DNA of 63,479 nt, filler included, from Octopus bimaculoides (lineage: Eukaryota), in NCBI RefSeq assembly GCF_001194135.2. It is 5 parts of 5 records of this genome, joined end to end, with 100 filler letters (N's around TTAATTAATTAA, not from the genome) between each part and the next. Parts side by side here need not be neighbours in the genome. Positions count along the whole stretch, not along the records: positions 46,533 to 63,479 come from NC_068996.1; 4 more parts are not named here. One strand, 5' to 3'. Each line of letters begins with the position of its first letter. The stretch's first letter is position 1. Made by a program: the position numbers and the translations under genes. The notes under the pieces were generated by a model, which saw only the letters and a program-made list of their open reading frames with translations, was not told where the DNA came from and made no database searches. Positions 63,125 through 63,479 of the stretch are shown one piece after another.

Positions 63125-63479
63125 ATACAGAGATTTAGAGACAAGTTACTTGAAGCATTTGACGAAATAGAAGGGGATATAGCATCATACAACGTGGAAG
63201 ACAATTGGAGATTTCTGCGGGACAACCTGTTGAGAGCCACCGACCAGATCTGTGGCTGGTGTAAAGTCCCCTCCCGACCCAGAGTAACGTGGTGGTGGAA
63301 CAAGGAGGTAGACAGGGCTATTAGACAAAAGAAACCGGCTTGGAAGGACTGGAAGAATGGTGGTAGCAGGGAATTGTACCAATCTGCCAGAAGGGAAGCT
63401 AGGCGACAGGTTTATTTAGCCAGAGGGGAAGCAGATAAGAAAAGATTTGCCAATGTTCTGCGCTGTGAGGACCAAAGAC
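63125..63479 (+). mobile_element. RTE LINE ORF fragment (EN-RT linker), open to the window end
   Basis: RFRDKLLEAF...NWRFLRDNLLRATDQICGW...TWWWNKEVDRAIRQKKPAWKDW...ARREARRQV. Confidence 0.85.

Overview
This is a eukaryotic, AT-rich, microsatellite-dense and gapped window. The repeat content suggests an octopod cephalopod such as Octopus, but that is inference. It has no prokaryotic operon or CRISPR array, and almost every ORF in the supplied track comes from microsatellites or N-runs. Positions 1-46.5 kb are CpG-retaining non-coding DNA packed with retroelement relics: R4/Dong-like RLE elements in (TAA)n tracts, Tx1-like LINEs, RTE, Penelope-like pieces with hammerhead-ribozyme motifs, several tRNA-derived SINE families, one Ty3/gypsy scrap and one mariner end. 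This part also holds a canonical initiator tRNA-Met gene (23099-23170, minus). From about 46.8 kb to the end lies a plus-strand, intron-rich gene that the ORF track misses. Nine phase-consistent GT-AG exons (31, 89, 78, 111, 105, 32, 91, 13 and 23 nt), plus a candidate 8-nt exon, splice into about 190 aa of uninterrupted coiled-coil protein that I cannot name. Its introns are visibly CpG-depleted. Best leads: a near-complete dimer-type hammerhead ribozyme inside a ~235-bp-arm palindrome at the window start; the microexon-rich gene; recurring tail-to-tail Tx1/Dong pairs sharing one TAA tract; and a SINE whose tail matches a Tx1 LINE 3' end. Four TTAATTAATTAA spacers inside N-runs are assembly joins, so contiguity across them is uncertain.
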